DNA from: Oikopleura dioica
Lineage: Eukaryota; Animalia; Chordata
DNA length: 64,000 nucleotides
Direction of reading: 5' to 3'
Assembly (NCBI GenBank): GCA_907165135.1
Contig: OU015566.1
Span: forward strand, 12,152,001-12,216,000
Shown here: positions 1-13,537 of the stretch, piece by piece
Layout: every line of letters begins with the position of its first letter
How positions within the stretch are numbered: position 1 is the stretch's first letter
The notes under the pieces: generated by a model
The model's database searches: none
Told to the model about the DNA's origin: nothing
The model's input: only the letters and a program-made list of their open reading frames with translations
Made by a program: the position numbers and the translations under genes

Positions 1-1979
1 GGGAGGGAAAACGAGCCGTCGAAGATAAGGTTTAAAAATCTAAAGTATTTGATGCTTACTTTTCTTCCTAGGATATCGGGCCTCTTGTCAAAACTGTCAT
101 GACTCGATGCATCCAGTGTACTAGATGCGTCCGATTCTGCCAGGAAATCGCTGGTATTGATGAGCTCGGAACAACTGGTCGGGGAAACGATCTCCAGATC
201 GGTACATACGTCGAAAAGGCTTTAAGCACTGAGTTGTCTGGAAACCTTATTGATGTCTGCCCAGTTGGTGCCCTTACCAGCAAGCCATATGCTTTTAGTG
301 CTCGCCCATGGGAAACCCGAAAGGTACTAGCTATTATGTGAGCAAATTCAATCATATTCTCAGACTGATTCCGTCGATGTCATGGATGCCGTTGGTACCA
401 ATATCGTCGTTTCTTCCCGAGCTGGCGATCTTCTTCGAATCATCCCAAGACTCAACGAGGAAGTCAATGAAGAATGGCTCGCTGACAAGGTACAAACCGA
501 TAGAATTATTGAAAGTTATTAATGTTACAGGGTCGATTCTCTTATGACGGACTCAAGCGACAGCGACTCACCCAGCCCATGGCTCGAGGTGAAAACGGCA
601 AACTCACCAAGGTCGATTGGCAGGATGCTCTCACCGTTGCTTCCGATGCTATTGCTGATGCTGGTGAGAACATTGCCGTTGTCGTTGGTCCATTCGCCGA
701 TGTCGAGACCATGTGCCTCGCCAAGGATCTCGCTAACAAGGCCGGCTCCGAGATGGTTACCACTGAGCAGAGCTTTATCGCTAATGGTGATCTTCGATCT
801 GACTACACTTTCAACTCGACTATTGCTGGCATCGAAGAGGCTGACCGAGTCATCATCATTGGTAATGATTATTGTACTGAAGCACATTATGGCGTATTTT
901 AGGCTGCAACCCTCGATTTGAAGCTCCACTTATCAACGCCCGAATCCGAAAATCCTGGCTCCACAAGGAAACCGAAGTTGACGTCATTGGTTCTGAGCTG
1001 AACCTCTCCTACACTCACCAGTACCACGGAAATGACCCACAAAGTAAATCCCTCTACTCAACTTTTTCTTTAATTTACTAGTCATCAATGACATCGCTAA
1101 CGGCACCCACCCAATCTGCGAAGAACTCGCTGAATGCGAGCGACCCATGGTCATCCTTGGTTCTTCCGTCTTTGAGCGAGCCGATGGCTCTGCTATCCAC
1201 CAGTCTGTCAAGAAAATGTGCGAATCCTTGAACACCCCCGAAGGCTGGAACCCATTCAATATTATGCACAAGTCTGCTTCTACTGTTGGCGCTCTCGATC
1301 TTGGCTACAAGACTGGTGTTGAACACATCAAGGGCCGAAAGCCTGATGTTATCATCAACCTCGGCGCTGATGAGGGTCTCATTACTCGAGATGATGTAAT
1401 GATCTTTCTGTTATACAGCGGCTGAATTAGTTTTAGGTTTCTTCCACTGGCAAGATCATTTACATCGGACACAACGGTGACGCTGGTGCTTCCTCTGCTG
1501 ACGTCATCCTCCCAGCTGCCGCTTACACCGAGAAGAACGGTACCTACGTTAACACTGAAGGCCGAGTCCAGGTCACTCGAACCGCTATTACTCCCCCTGG
1601 AGCTGCCCGAGAAGACTGGAAGATCGTCCGAGTCCTCTCTGAGCTTAGCAACCTTACTGTAAGTGGATCGACCAGCGATTCACTATAAATTTATCTTAAG
1701 CTTCCATACGACACCCTCAAAGAAGTCCGATCCCGAGTGCGAGAAGTTGCTCCTCATTTAGTTAAATTCGATTCTCTTGAACAAAGCGCGATTTCGGTAA
1801 GTGATCATCAAAATCCTCTCCTCAAATTTGCTTAGATTCCAGCTGAACCCAGCACAATGGCAAACGAACCACTTGTCGCCAACCAGACCCAGCTCTCTGA
1901 GTACTATATCACAGATTCCATCACCAGAAGTTCAAAAGTTATGGCTAAGTGCGTCAAGTACGCCAGAGCACAGGAGTAA
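1..1979 (+). CDS. NDUFS1: NADH:ubiquinone oxidoreductase 75 kDa subunit, 5'-partial, multi-exon
   Basis: [16 protein letters not shown] and [25 protein letters not shown] Fe-S motifs; GT-AG introns of about 40 nt (30-71, 324-363, 490-530, 862-902); stop TAA 1977-1979. Confidence 0.97.
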
Positions 1980-2407
1980 AAAGTTCCTTTCTGTTCAAGT
2001 ATTTATTAAAGCGGATTATTCACTGCTTCTATGTGACAAAATGATAAAATAAAAATATCTTCTTCATAAAAAAGAGAAAACTTGAATCCTTATATTCATA
2101 TGGATTTGATTGACGAAGAGATTGTTTTGAATGCAGAGTATTAGCAGGGATGAAATCAGGAAAGTACATTTATTGGTAGTAACTGTTTCCAGCAAAGGCT
2201 CAAATACTACGTGCATCTACCTTTCATGTTTGCTTGTGATCGTACTTGTAGGACTCCGCCTATACTATAAAGATAATTTGCTTCAATAAAAATGTAGATG
2301 TTCGTAATGTACTTTTTCTGGGTGAGCAATCTGACATGGCAAACTCATGTATGGCCTACATTATAAAGCTCTTGTGCTTCCTTAGTCACAATGAGATACG
2401 ATGGAAA

Positions 2408-3594
2408 ATGCTTTTTCAAAATAAATGGACGATGATTATTTTTGCCTTTTGCGTCTCAGCGGCTATGTAAGAAATTCTACGCAATAAAATACAATTAACA
2501 ATTTCCAAGCATTTTGATTGTTCTCCGATTTGCTTTGGATGGATCAGATAACGAAATGCTGCCGCAGTACAACGTCGGCAATGGAAGGCCCATATTCTTC
2601 CCTACATTGTTTGTAAGATAGATATTCATGAGTAAAATAGTGATTAGTCGGAAAGTAAAGGAAAAAGCAAAAGAACCGATAAAAGAAGTCCTCAAGGTTC
2701 TCATCGATGGAAAAGGTTGGTCGATTTTTGACAATAAACAAAATATTTTGCAGTGGTCAAAGCATCACAGCATCCGGACTTAGTAAAATACGACGAGGCA
2801 AAAGCCATCTGTGAGTGGGAGAACAAAACTTTGCCACGTTCGTCCTTCAGAGTTGTCGAAAACGGGCACGAGTATAAGTCCATATTTTGGCTTGCGGAAG
2901 ACGAGCAATCAAGAAAAGAAGCGAATGATGAGTACTTGGAAGATCTGGGCGTTTCCTTTGTTACAGCAAATGGCGGCGGTGGTTTCTGTGCGATTTTAGG
3001 TGAACGAATTATGGAAACATATCCTGATTTTTTATTTGATTTTCAAGATACTGGACCTCTCACTTTGACAACACCTTTACCGAGTATCTTTATTTGCGAA
3101 GATGCTCTTTATGATGAATATAATCGCGTCGTTCTCCACATAAATGTAACTGTTGGCTGCGACCCGCTCGAACTCAACGCGACGTTCATAGAAGCAAGAA
3201 ATCTTTTTAAATCTAGCCATTTTGATGTCACATTTTATTATGAAGATCATATGAACAAGAAATCATACGCAAGACCGTAAGTGATAAATTTAGAAAAAGA
3301 AATCTATTTTGCAATAAGAAAAATAAGCGGGTACACGAAACGCAACTTCTCCGAAGAAACAACTGGAATAAACTGGTGCAGGAACAGTGGGATAAGTAAA
3401 TAAAACTGCCTTAACCAATATGATTTTTACTGATCCCATATCCAAAGTGGACAACCGGCGAAAATAGCGAAGGCAAATAGACTCAGAGAGATGGACAATC
3501 AAGTTGTGGGCGGCTATTCCTATTCAACGTTTGCTTAAAATTTATTTTTGCTTGCTAATTCTTATTTTTTAGTGCGAGGGCTCTATGCTTTTAA
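2408..3594 (+). CDS. Type II membrane protein with degenerate C-type-lectin-like domain, tandem copy A
   Basis: Spliced reading MLFQNKWTMIIFAFCVSAAIILIVLRF (N-terminal TM), KYDEAKAICEWENKTLP, IFWL, FCAIL, FICE; exons conserved with copy B and enriched in synonymous changes while introns diverge. Lectin assignment is inference. Confidence 0.6.
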
Positions 3595-3906
3595 AATGAC
3601 AACGAAAATAAGCAGCAACAAAAATCTATTAAAACTGCAATAAACTGTTATAAAACTAATTTATATTAATGTAAAGGTAAATTGGCTTGCCATCCCATGC
3701 CATTGCCATCGATTTTATAGGACATTTTCCACCCTGTAATAAACGTATCTTTACCGTCATAATTCCCAACTCGATCAACCAATTGAGAATATGTTTATTT
3801 TAACAAGATAATAATGTTGATATAATGGTATATTTTCATGGTACTTTTTGGCTGAGCAACTTTTATTGAAAATAAAAAGAGCTTATTCAATCGGATAGAG
3901 AGCAAA

Positions 3907-5615
3907 ATGCTGTTTAAAAATAGATGGACGAGTGCATTTTTTCTATTTTGCATCATTGTGTCCATGTAAGAATCGGAGAGCAAATCGAATATAAAAAATT
4001 ATAGAGTTTTGATCGTCCTGCGATATTCTTTCGAAAAACAAGAAAATGAAGTTCTTCAGCATTACAGTAATGGAAAGCCCATTTTATTCCCTCCCGCGTA
4101 AGTTGACTTTCGGTAATATTCGAGAATTATTAATTATTAACCCTATGCGTGACGCGGATGCACTCAGTGCATCCGCTCATGGTTTTCTGCCCATTTCTCT
4201 CTCAAATTTCGCCCGAATTCAGAAATTTAAAAAGAATAAGAATCTACGTCCAAAAGCACATCCAATCTGCTTCGTAACATTTAGAAAACAAATTTTATAA
4301 TAACCTAAAAACGTAAAAAATGTCCTAATTTTACTATTTTTCGTCTCGAGAACAGCTATTTTGATGCATGTTACGTAACTTCGAGCCCGTTTCGCCGCCG
4401 AAGAAGGGGGTATTTCGGTCTCTGAGACACTGAAAACAGCGAATTCAGGCTGTTTTTCTTCTAAAATTGGCAAAAATGAGCAAAAAATTGTTCTAGATGG
4501 GTCGGATGCACTGAATGCATCCGCGTCACGCATAGGGGTAGTTCTGATCGTCACGCAGAGGGTTAAGTCGAAAGGCGAATATCAGTTCAAAGGGACAGAT
4601 TAAAGAAAAACTGCAGGTTTTTATCGACGGAAAAGGTTTTGGATTGTCTAGCGATAAGCATAACTTATATTTAAAGCGTTAAACGCATCACAACACCCGG
4701 AGTTACTAAAATACGATCAGGCAAAAACCATCTGTGAGAGAGAGAACAAAACATTGCCCCGTTCGGTCTTCAGAGTCATCGAAAAGGGGCACGAGTTTAA
4801 GTCCATATTTTGGCTTTTGGAAGACGAGCAATCAAGGAAAGAAGCTAATGAAGAGTTTCTACAAGATCAAGCAGTTTCTTTTGTTTACGAAAAAAGTGAA
4901 CTGTGCGCGATATTGGGTAAATATAGAAACTGAATTATTCTTACCAATTTGAAAATGCTTAAGATATTCGGAATATACTTCCGTCTTTACCGAATCACTT
5001 CATCTGTAAAAATGCGGTGTTTGACGAAGATGACCGAGTTATTATTCACATAAATGTCACTGTCGGATGCGTCCTACTCGAACTGAACAAGACTTTTATT
5101 GAAGACAATAATCTCTGGGAATACGGCTATCTAGATAAAACATATTCTTACGAAGATCCTATGGGTTACAATATGTTTTCACGACCGTAAGTCCCAAACC
5201 AAGAAAAAGATTAACCCGTCTTCAGAAAAATTAGCGGGTACAGAAAGCGTTACTTTAGTGGAGATAAAACGGGAATCAACTGGTGCAGGAAAAGTGGGAT
5301 AACCACCAATAATAACATGTGATGCTTAAGCTAAAGTGACTGATCCCATATTCGAAGTGGACAACCAGTAAGAAATGCAAAAGCAAAAAGACTCCGAGAG
5401 AAGGACCATCAAGTTATCCGTGGCTATTCTTATTCAACGTAAGCTACGCAAAATTTTCCCACTCGAGCTGATTTGCTTTTAGTGCGAGGGCTCTTTGCTT
5501 CCCAAATAATTACAGAGAGAATCTCCCTCCGAGAGATGTAACGTATGAATCAACTAATAGTACTGCCACTGCCTACCGAAAAATCTGTAGACAAGACAAC
5601 AACAACAATTCTTGA
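3907..5615 (+). CDS. Type II membrane C-type-lectin-like protein, tandem copy B
   Basis: MLFKNRWTSAFFLFCIIVSIVLIVLRY, KYDQAKTICERENKTLP; same intron positions as copy A; second intron (4098-4567) expanded by a MITE. Confidence 0.6.
4141..4562. mobile_element. Non-autonomous piggyBac-type MITE, 422 bp
   Basis: TTAA on both sides (4137-4140, 4563-4566); CCCT...AGGG ends; 14-bp terminal inverted repeat with 1 mismatch; 35-bp inverted repeat 4141-4175 vs 4503-4537 with 1 mismatch; no transposase ORF. Confidence 0.85.
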
Positions 5616-5663
5616 AATTCGAGTTGAGTTTCAAATCATGGCAATTTTGAATACTGAAGTACT

Positions 5664-6413
5664 TTATTGTTTTGCTTGAAGATACTGCTCATAAGAAAAT
5701 GAACATGTTTGGCTTTGATAGCGAGTTACAGATAGTGAGTTGATAAAATCAGCGGTTATTTGGCCTTTGAAGCCCGCTTTTCGAATGAGGCTAATAAGGG
5801 TTTCTTGTTGATTCCATCCTTGCTCCATCGCAACGTTGGGAAGATATGTGCCCGAGAATTGCCTTCCTTTTCTACAAAAGTTGGCGAAACTAGTGATTTC
5901 TGGAACTCTTAGCTTACGCATTGAATCGGATCTTGATCCCGTGATTCTCCAAAGTCCAGTCGTATGAGTTGGAACACTCCTCGAAATTCGTGAGCAGACT
6001 GACTGTACAACTGAGTCCAGGAACTTCATTCATTTGGACGGGAGGAAATCTTGAGTCTTTGAGAGCGGCGGTTAGGGCATATTCTTCGATTCCAGAGCCC
6101 AACTCGAGATCGGCAAAGCAACCGATGCATCCTCTAAGACTAGGCTCAGGATATTTCTGCAGGAAACAACGGGCAAATCTTACTATCCATTTGACGAGGT
6201 CTTCCAGCCAAACACTCGGGATTTCGGACCTAGCTTCCAGGTGACGAACAAAGGGAATGGCTGCGAAGGAAAGTCGGCTGGGATAGGCGGCGAAGGTTGA
6301 CCATTTAGGCGATTTACTGTTAAAAAATGAACTAAAGAAAAAGTGCGAGGCTTACCAAGAGAATCAAAGGCAAAAACGACCATGGATGGTTTTATAACTT
6401 GGTCGGAGCTCAT
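5664..6413 (-). CDS. AMMECR1: AMMECR1-domain protein
   Basis: PLFVTWK, LRGCIG, ALKDSRFPP, CTVSLLTNFE, WTLENHGIKIRF, TYLPNVAMEQGW, SLIRKAGF motifs. Confidence 0.92.
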
Positions 6414-6500
6414 GTTTATCGACTCGATTAGTTCTTGAAAGAAATTCTGATTTGAGCTTTCGGGAATTCCAGTTTTTATTATCATTTGTATAAATAATAT

Positions 6501-7900
6501 CTACACTGATATTTTTCGACAGGTAACGAGACAGTTGATGAAGAAATTATCCGCAACTCGGAATGGTTTTTGAAGATTGAAAATTTCAAGTTGAAAAAAG
6601 GGACAGGAAGAGTGGAAGAAAATGAATGATTCGGAGAATGAGCGAGGGGATTCTGACTTCAGCGTAGCAGTTTGAGTTCGTAAAGGTTTTCGTAGCCCAT
6701 TCGACACCAGCACTTTTGATCGCCCCAGTCGACGTAGACGTGCTTTTTGCAACCGCCGCAGCCGATGCCAGCTGATTTTGGGCCACAGAAATCGCTGACT
6801 TGACCGATTCCTGCGTGACGAGAATGGAAATACTTTTCAGGAGTGTTATCTTCTTGAATAACTAGAATTGGACTTCTAGCTGTGAACCAGTATTCTAGCT
6901 ACCTTTATCGCCAATTTTGATCAACTGAGCTGCCTCTTCGCGAAAGTAAATGACAGAAGGAAACTCTCGTTGAGCATTTTTCACAGCAATGAGCATCATT
7001 TCTTGAACTGAATGGATACGCCCGAAGATTTGAAAACGGAGCATCTGGCGAATTCCATCTCGAGGAATCATTTCAACTTTGATGTCGTCCAAACCAGTGT
7101 TGATCGGACACAGAGCAGGAAAGAAGCTCAACAGAAGTTGCAATGGTTCGCCCTCAGCTGAAATCGGTCCTTTTGGCCATTGCGTTTCCTTGAGTTTAGT
7201 TATATTTCTATTTTGAACAAGATTCTTACCATGATAGTGTCTATCGATTCCGAAATATTTATCTTGTCAGGAAAATTGGAGCACGAAGCAGCTGTCTTAA
7301 TTTTCTCGCAGCAAAACTCGAAAAGGGGCCCGACAAGCGGGTCATACGGAGCTCGAGTTTCAACGTCCATATCTTGCAGCAATAAACAGAGCTTGTAAGA
7401 TAGAGCGAGATTCTCCTCATCTTGCACAGGCGTCTTATTTGCTGATAGATCACTTTTAAGCATACAGGTGAGTTTTTCGCAAAGCCACTCGATCTAATTG
7501 CCAGATCTATTTAGGATTATTCTTGTAGTTGATTTGGTACCTGGTAATAAGTCGCACATAATAAGAGCTCTACGATCGAGTTGGGACTGTCGAGCTGACA
7601 GGGCATTCCGTACATGTAGGAAAGAAGGGACTTGACGACCTGCGAGTGCCAGCGACACTTGACCTTCGACTCTTTCTTTACTGTACGGCGAAAGATCGGG
7701 CTTTGGCAGGAAAGAATCATCCCGTGGCTGAGAAACATGGAGTAAGCAAACTTTTTCTTTATCTACCTATAAATAGTCTCCCCGTCGACCGCCAAAATAG
7801 TAACATCACATCCATTCTGATCAAAGTCCGAAGTAAACTGCTGGTTTATAAATTCATTCCGCAGCTCCTGCGAAATTCCGTGGGTGCTAGGGTCGCACAT
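6501..7900 (-). CDS. BTB/POZ-domain protein; 3' end approximate
   Basis: CDVTILAVDGETIY, HGMILSCQSPIFR, VVKSLLSYMYG, VELLLCATYYQV BTB pattern across short introns. Confidence 0.72.
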
Positions 7901-8259
7901 CTTCAATTATCTGAATTTCTCAATTTTCATTCAAGTTATTTCCAGTTTGATGTGTTTCCTTGTTTTGAAAGGAGGAAAACAGAAATGTAATGTTTTTTTA
8001 AATTATTTTTTTATGAAATAGAATACATGAATTGCTTTGTTTCTGTTAAATAGATGAAATATGAAAGACGCTAGAGAGTGTAATGAGAATTTCTTTAATG
8101 AACTATATTCGGGTACAGAGAAAGGTTTAGTAAATTCTTAAGAAATGGTGCTTGCTTTGTCTTTGAGAGCTGTAGTGGTAAAGATCAGTTGTTGTAGAAG
8201 AGAGTGAATTCTGGATTCGGTTGATTTTGTTCCTGATTTGGCAAATTTATGCTTCGATT

Positions 8260-9057
8260 CTAAGGATTAGGGTCGTCCTCGTCTTCATTTTTGCCGGAGG
8301 AGACTGATACTGCAATGATGATAATGACCACAGCGGCAACAATGCCCAGAATGATCCACATCTTTATATTTCGCCACCAGTACCTAGAGTTTTTTTTTTA
8401 TAAAAGGGCTTGTCAAAAGTTCTTACTTTCTCTTGAGCTTGGCTGCCTGCGATTCGAACTGACTGGCTCCTTGCTGAAGAGCATCGGCGCGATCATCCAG
8501 CTGACTCAATTTCTGATCTCTTTCAAGCACGCGTTCCACATTTCCGCGCATGATTCCGACGACTTCTTGGACCTAAAATCAATGTTTCGAACTTTCGATC
8601 GTGAGATTAGATTGCCTGAGCATGGTATTTAATATAAGAGTTGTCTCTTGATGAGGTTTCTCCTACTGAGTTTGGTTTGAAAAGTGATATTTGGAAGTTT
8701 TCAAAATCAAAAAATTTTAAACCAAATTTCAAGGTCAACGTCACTGCTGCGGCATGAGGGGGTCATTATTCCCGGGCGAGTAATAAACGATTCATACATA
8801 ATAAAAATAAAGTATTTCAATTGATCTAGAGAAAATTTTTCAAAAAAAGCTGGTAATTGTTGTTTTACGATGCGCTGGTATATCGACGTTCGGGGATCAT
8901 TTTACTGAAAAGTTACTCATCCGATGTACGCGTAATTGAGGAGAATTGAATGAACCCTCAAATGGATCTTCGCTCAATAATAAATTACCTGATTTTGGGT
9001 CTGTTGTAAAACATTGTTATCGCCCGTTCCGTAGGTAGGAGACCCTGCGCCACTCAT
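8260..9057 (-). CDS. VAMP: Synaptobrevin/VAMP R-SNARE, 3 exons
   Basis: LQQTQNQ|[49 protein letters not shown]|YWWRN plus TM helix; introns 8573-8988 and about 8384-8426. Confidence 0.95.
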
Positions 9058-9209
9058 TCTAATCAATTTGAAAAATACAAATTTGCTTTGAATCAATTTT
9101 TTTATAAAAGTAAAAGAATCTTGCTTGTCAAAAAATAAAAAGAAAGAGGTGATAGTACGAACTAGAGGCAGTAAAAAAATAAGTGGATACACTTCAAAGT
9201 TCATTGCGA

Positions 9210-9910
9210 TTAGCTGTCTTTGCCAAAGTCGTAGCCAAATTTGGAAAGTCCCGACGCAGTAACATCAAACTGAATTGTCACATATCCGACGGACTGTACT
9301 CGTGTCATCTCTCGTCCGTTTGGACGCGCAATTATTTTTGGATCGGTGAAATTGACCGCGTTTCCGGTGAACCAGTGGCTAAATAAATAAAAGAGCATAA
9401 CCTTTGGGAGACAACAAAGAGAACGAACCTAAGAGCCTGCATTTTAGAGCTAGCCTGAGGAAGATAGATAGCGGTGCGGATTTTCCTGGAGCCTGGAATG
9501 GGTGGAACGAGTGCCCAGCTACATTCATGGATTATTTGATTTTTGAAAGAAGTAAGCAAACCAGAAACCGCGTGGTTGATCTTGGTTAAAATTATCTTGG
9601 CCAATAAGTTCGATGACAATTCTCGGCCAGCCGGAAGGATTCGTAGATTTGAAGGTGCAATCCATGGGAAGATTGAAAACGAATTCCTCGTTTCCACTTG
9701 TGCATCTCTAAACAGTCCCTTTATACAGCCTCTTCCGGTCCTTTTTACCTGAGAAAAACCCTCTTCCAAACCAGCAGCAACAACCCAGTCAGACCCCATT
9801 TCATAGGAATACTTGCACATCAAGTCCATTCCTCTCAACATGGGCAGTTCAGCATGCGAAATGTGACCCCGAACTGAGATGGAAAATGAGCTCCCTGCTA
9901 TTTTAGACAT
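9210..9910 (-). CDS. B9D1: B9 domain-containing protein 1, ciliary transition zone
   Basis: DLMCKYSYEMGSDW..GLEEGFSQ, FNLPMDCTFKSTNPSGWPRIV, FTDPKIIARPNGREMTRVQSVGYVTIQFDV match recalled B9D1 sequence. Confidence 0.92.
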
Positions 9911-10066
9911 GAAGTGACTCTGAAACCAAGCAATATGAAAAGGCGAATCGATTTTATAAAAATATATATTCTTAGGGCTTAGTATAAAAATATAACTCAG
10001 AAACAGGCTGTAACAGTAGATCGTAGAAAAAATAATCAGAGGCACAGAAATAGCGAGACGATTTCC

Positions 10067-13000
10067 TTAAAGTTTTGGCTGGAGTCCGAGAAGTTGATCT
10101 GCGCGCTCGATTTCAGGGGTACTACCGATCTTTCCTCGGAATTGATCGACGACGCTGCCAAGGTGCTCGAATTTCTCCTCGACTTTGGCAACTTCGTGCG
10201 GCAAGTTTTCAGGGTCCTGTAAATTTTTCGTTGTGATAGTTGAAAAAATGAGGGAGCTTACCTTGCAAGCAGGCTTGTACTTTTTCTCCAAGAATTTTTG
10301 GTATTCCTTGGTCTTATTTTGTTTGATAACCAGCTCAATAAGGTTCTGAAAATGCAAAATAAGAAGCTGCATTACCCAAATTTAAAAAATTTCAAGACAT
10401 TTTACTTACGACATGTTTATCTTCTTCCATTCTCGTGATCATTTCATCAATTTCCTTTGCTTTGGATTCCCACTGAGACGATTTGATCTGCATATCTTCG
10501 AGGTCATTCGAAAGTCCATCCGATTGCGCCCGAAGAGCAGTGATCTTGGTCTCAGTCTGCTTTACCGTCGTGCCCATATTTTTGACCGTTCGTTTGAGCT
10601 CCATGATCTTTTTCTGAAGACTTCCACGTGTCGGCGTTTTGGACTCGCGCGTACCCGGCACTGGTGGTCGAGGCTGAATCGTATCGCGGCGGGTGACGGC
10701 GTGCTCCATTTCGCGCATGAGACGCTCTTGTTCTTTCATGAGTTCTTTGTACTTGAGCTCCATACGGTGGATTTCGGACTTCATCTTTGCGATCTCGCCA
10801 GCGCAAACATCGGAGTTGACAGCGGCAATCGTTTCCCTGAAAATTATTATGAAAGGGTCTGCATTTTTGCCGTATAATAAATTTTTTTATTAGACAAGAG
10901 AAAATACGAACTTCGAATTCGCCCTATTTTTGAGCAATAAATCCAGTACAAAATCTCTAGACCCATCTCAGAAAAGAAAAAAAAGTATAAAATAAAAAGG
11001 TATAAAATGCTTTTACAGATTCAGTTACTTTTTCTATACGTCAACCTAGATTCATGATCCCTATTTATTAAAATAAACTACTTACTTTGCGAGTTGAATT
11101 TTTCTTTCCCACAAAAGCACAAGCTTCTCAGTTTCAATCAATTCCTCCTCGAGACGTTTATTATTCACAGTGAGCTCTTCGAGTCTTCGCTGCTGATTGA
11201 GCAGGTCCATTTCCTTGTCCTTGAGTTCTTGGATAAACTCGAGCTCGTGAAGTTTGTTGTCCTGCTCCAGTTGAACGGCTTTTTGCTCCTTCATGTGGGA
11301 GAAGGTGCTCGCTTTATCCATGCGGATTCGCAATTTTTCTATATTTCTCTCGACTTCCCTGAATTCAAGATTTAATTTCTGATCAATCAAAAATATGACT
11401 TACTTGTATTCTCGTTTATCTGCTTCGATTTCGGATTCAATTCTGATTTTCTTCTGCTGCAAGATTGTGACTTTTTTGGTAAGTGCTTTGACATCTCTAT
11501 TTTTCTGATCTTTTTCTTGGTTGATTCTGACCAATTCATGCTGCTGCTTGAGCCAGGCCACCTCCGCTTCAGCGATATCGGTGGACAACTGCTCCAGCGA
11601 TTTTCCCAAACTTGCGACTTCCATTTCCAAGGGTGCAAGTTCTTCGCCGCCGGCGTTTTCGACGAGATGATGAAGCTTTTTCGACATTTGATCGATGATA
11701 GTCTGCTTGCGTTCGACTTGAGCGCGCATTCTAGTGATGCCATTTTCACTGTCTGTTGTCTGCTTATCGAGCTCTTCGATTCGATCATTGAGTACTTTGA
11801 GCTTTTCGTTTGACTCCCAGATCTTCGCGCGTGTTTCGGTGATCTTCTGGTCATCCAAAGCAGCTAAAGAAATAAATTAAAGCTTGACAAAATTGGGTCA
11901 AATTTACCTTTATTAGTCTGTTTGTTAATCTCCATTTCAACCTCTCGCATTCTGAATGACACTTGCCCAGTAACCTTGTCAGAGAATTCCTTCGATTTCT
12001 CTTGCGTCATCTTATCCATAAGCTCCTTGTTGAGTACTGCTTGAAGTTTAATGATTTTGTCTGCTTCTTTTTCAAGGACACTACGGAATGCCTCGAGTTT
12101 TGACTCCATCTGATAGTATTCCGCGTTAGTCCGAGCAAGAGCAGCATCATTTTCAGTCAGGATTCGAGAGTAAGCAGCCTGCTTTTGCTGCCACTCCACT
12201 CGCTCTTGCTTAGTGGACTCGATATCTTTTTTGGTACTGGTGATCGCAGTTTCTATTCGGTTCAGCAAGAGCGTGTGCTTTTCATTGAGATCCTCTTCAT
12301 CTTGAATGCTCTTTTTGTACCCGTCGATCTCCGTCTCAAGCTTCTTGATCTCATGCTCGCTGTTCATTCGGATCTTTGTCACAGCGGCGAGGGCTTCGTC
12401 TCGTCTGCGCATGCCAAGGAGACACGAGTTCCATTGCTGGTAGAGCTGCTTGTGCTCGAATTCAATTGATTCGATTTCAGTACGCGCGTCAAGGAGCTGC
12501 TCTTTGGTCGCCTTTGTTTCTGACTCTTGAGCTTTTCGCTGGACATTGTACATGTCGATTTCTTGTCGAATCATGTCCAGCTGTTCTTCAAGGCGATGGA
12601 CAAGCATATCTTGTCGCTGTTTCTCTAGCTCGGCCTAGAAGAGTAAAAGTAAAATATCAATTTTTGGAAAGGAGAATTACCTTGGTAAGCTCAGTGTCTG
12701 CCTTTTCAGCAGCACCGCGCATCGTCTGAATATCTTTTCGCACATCTTCCTTGGCATTTTGCATGGCAAAGAGCTTCCCACTTGCCATCTCATTCTCCGT
12801 CTGGAGCTCTTGATTTCTCTTGATTCCAGATCGGAGAAGATCGCTCTTCGTCTTGAAGGTCTTTTTGGTCGCAGCCAGACTTTGTTCAACTTGTCGGCGC
12901 TTTTGAGCTTCTTCGGCGAGCTTGTCATGTTCTTCTTCGACAATTGCTTGCTGACGACCCAGTTCTTGTTGGAGTTCGTATAAATTCACTCCGAGCTCTT

Positions 13001-13537
13001 CTCTCTGCTCTTGATAGCGCTTATTAGCTGCTGTGAGCTCGCGATCCCGAAGCTCCCACTCATCTAAATGCAATTATGAATGTGCTTATCAAATAAAAAA
13101 ATTTACCGATTTGTTTCTGAGTTTGTTCCCGAAACGCTTCCTGGAAGCGTCTCATCAAGGGATGATCGGGGTCGAGGACGGTGACTTCGACGTCTTCCGC
13201 TTCCATTCCCGCGTCACCCCCGGTAGGCTGGTCATTGGGGTAGACTGTTGTGTCAGTTTCCCGTTCGCCAGTTACCCGGGTCGACGTTTCTGTCACTGTC
13301 GTCTCTGTCTCTTGCGAGTACATTTCGACAGGGTCCATCGGACGGGCCGAAACAAACTAAAAAACGCTGCATTGAAGCAATTTAAATCAAGCTTACCGGA
13401 AGGGGAGAGGGGTTCGGTCTGTCAGGTTCTTGCGGGGACATAGAATCGAGCCTCATCTCCCTGAGAGCGGCGGCGGTGACATTTCCAACGAGGTTGTCTA
13501 CTCTGCCGGGTTCGTTGTTCTCCGATGGACTGCTCAT
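10067..13537 (-). CDS. CCDC40: Coiled-coil domain-containing protein 40, motile cilia
   Basis: VLDPDHPLMRRFQ signature, EELGVNLYELQQ, long heptad exons; first exon from ATG 13537 joins in phase 0. Confidence 0.88.

Noticed and set aside
10413-13443. Long + strand ORFs opposite CCDC40, and similar ones opposite NEK and anillin
   Set aside because: Antisense shadows of codon-biased coding exons
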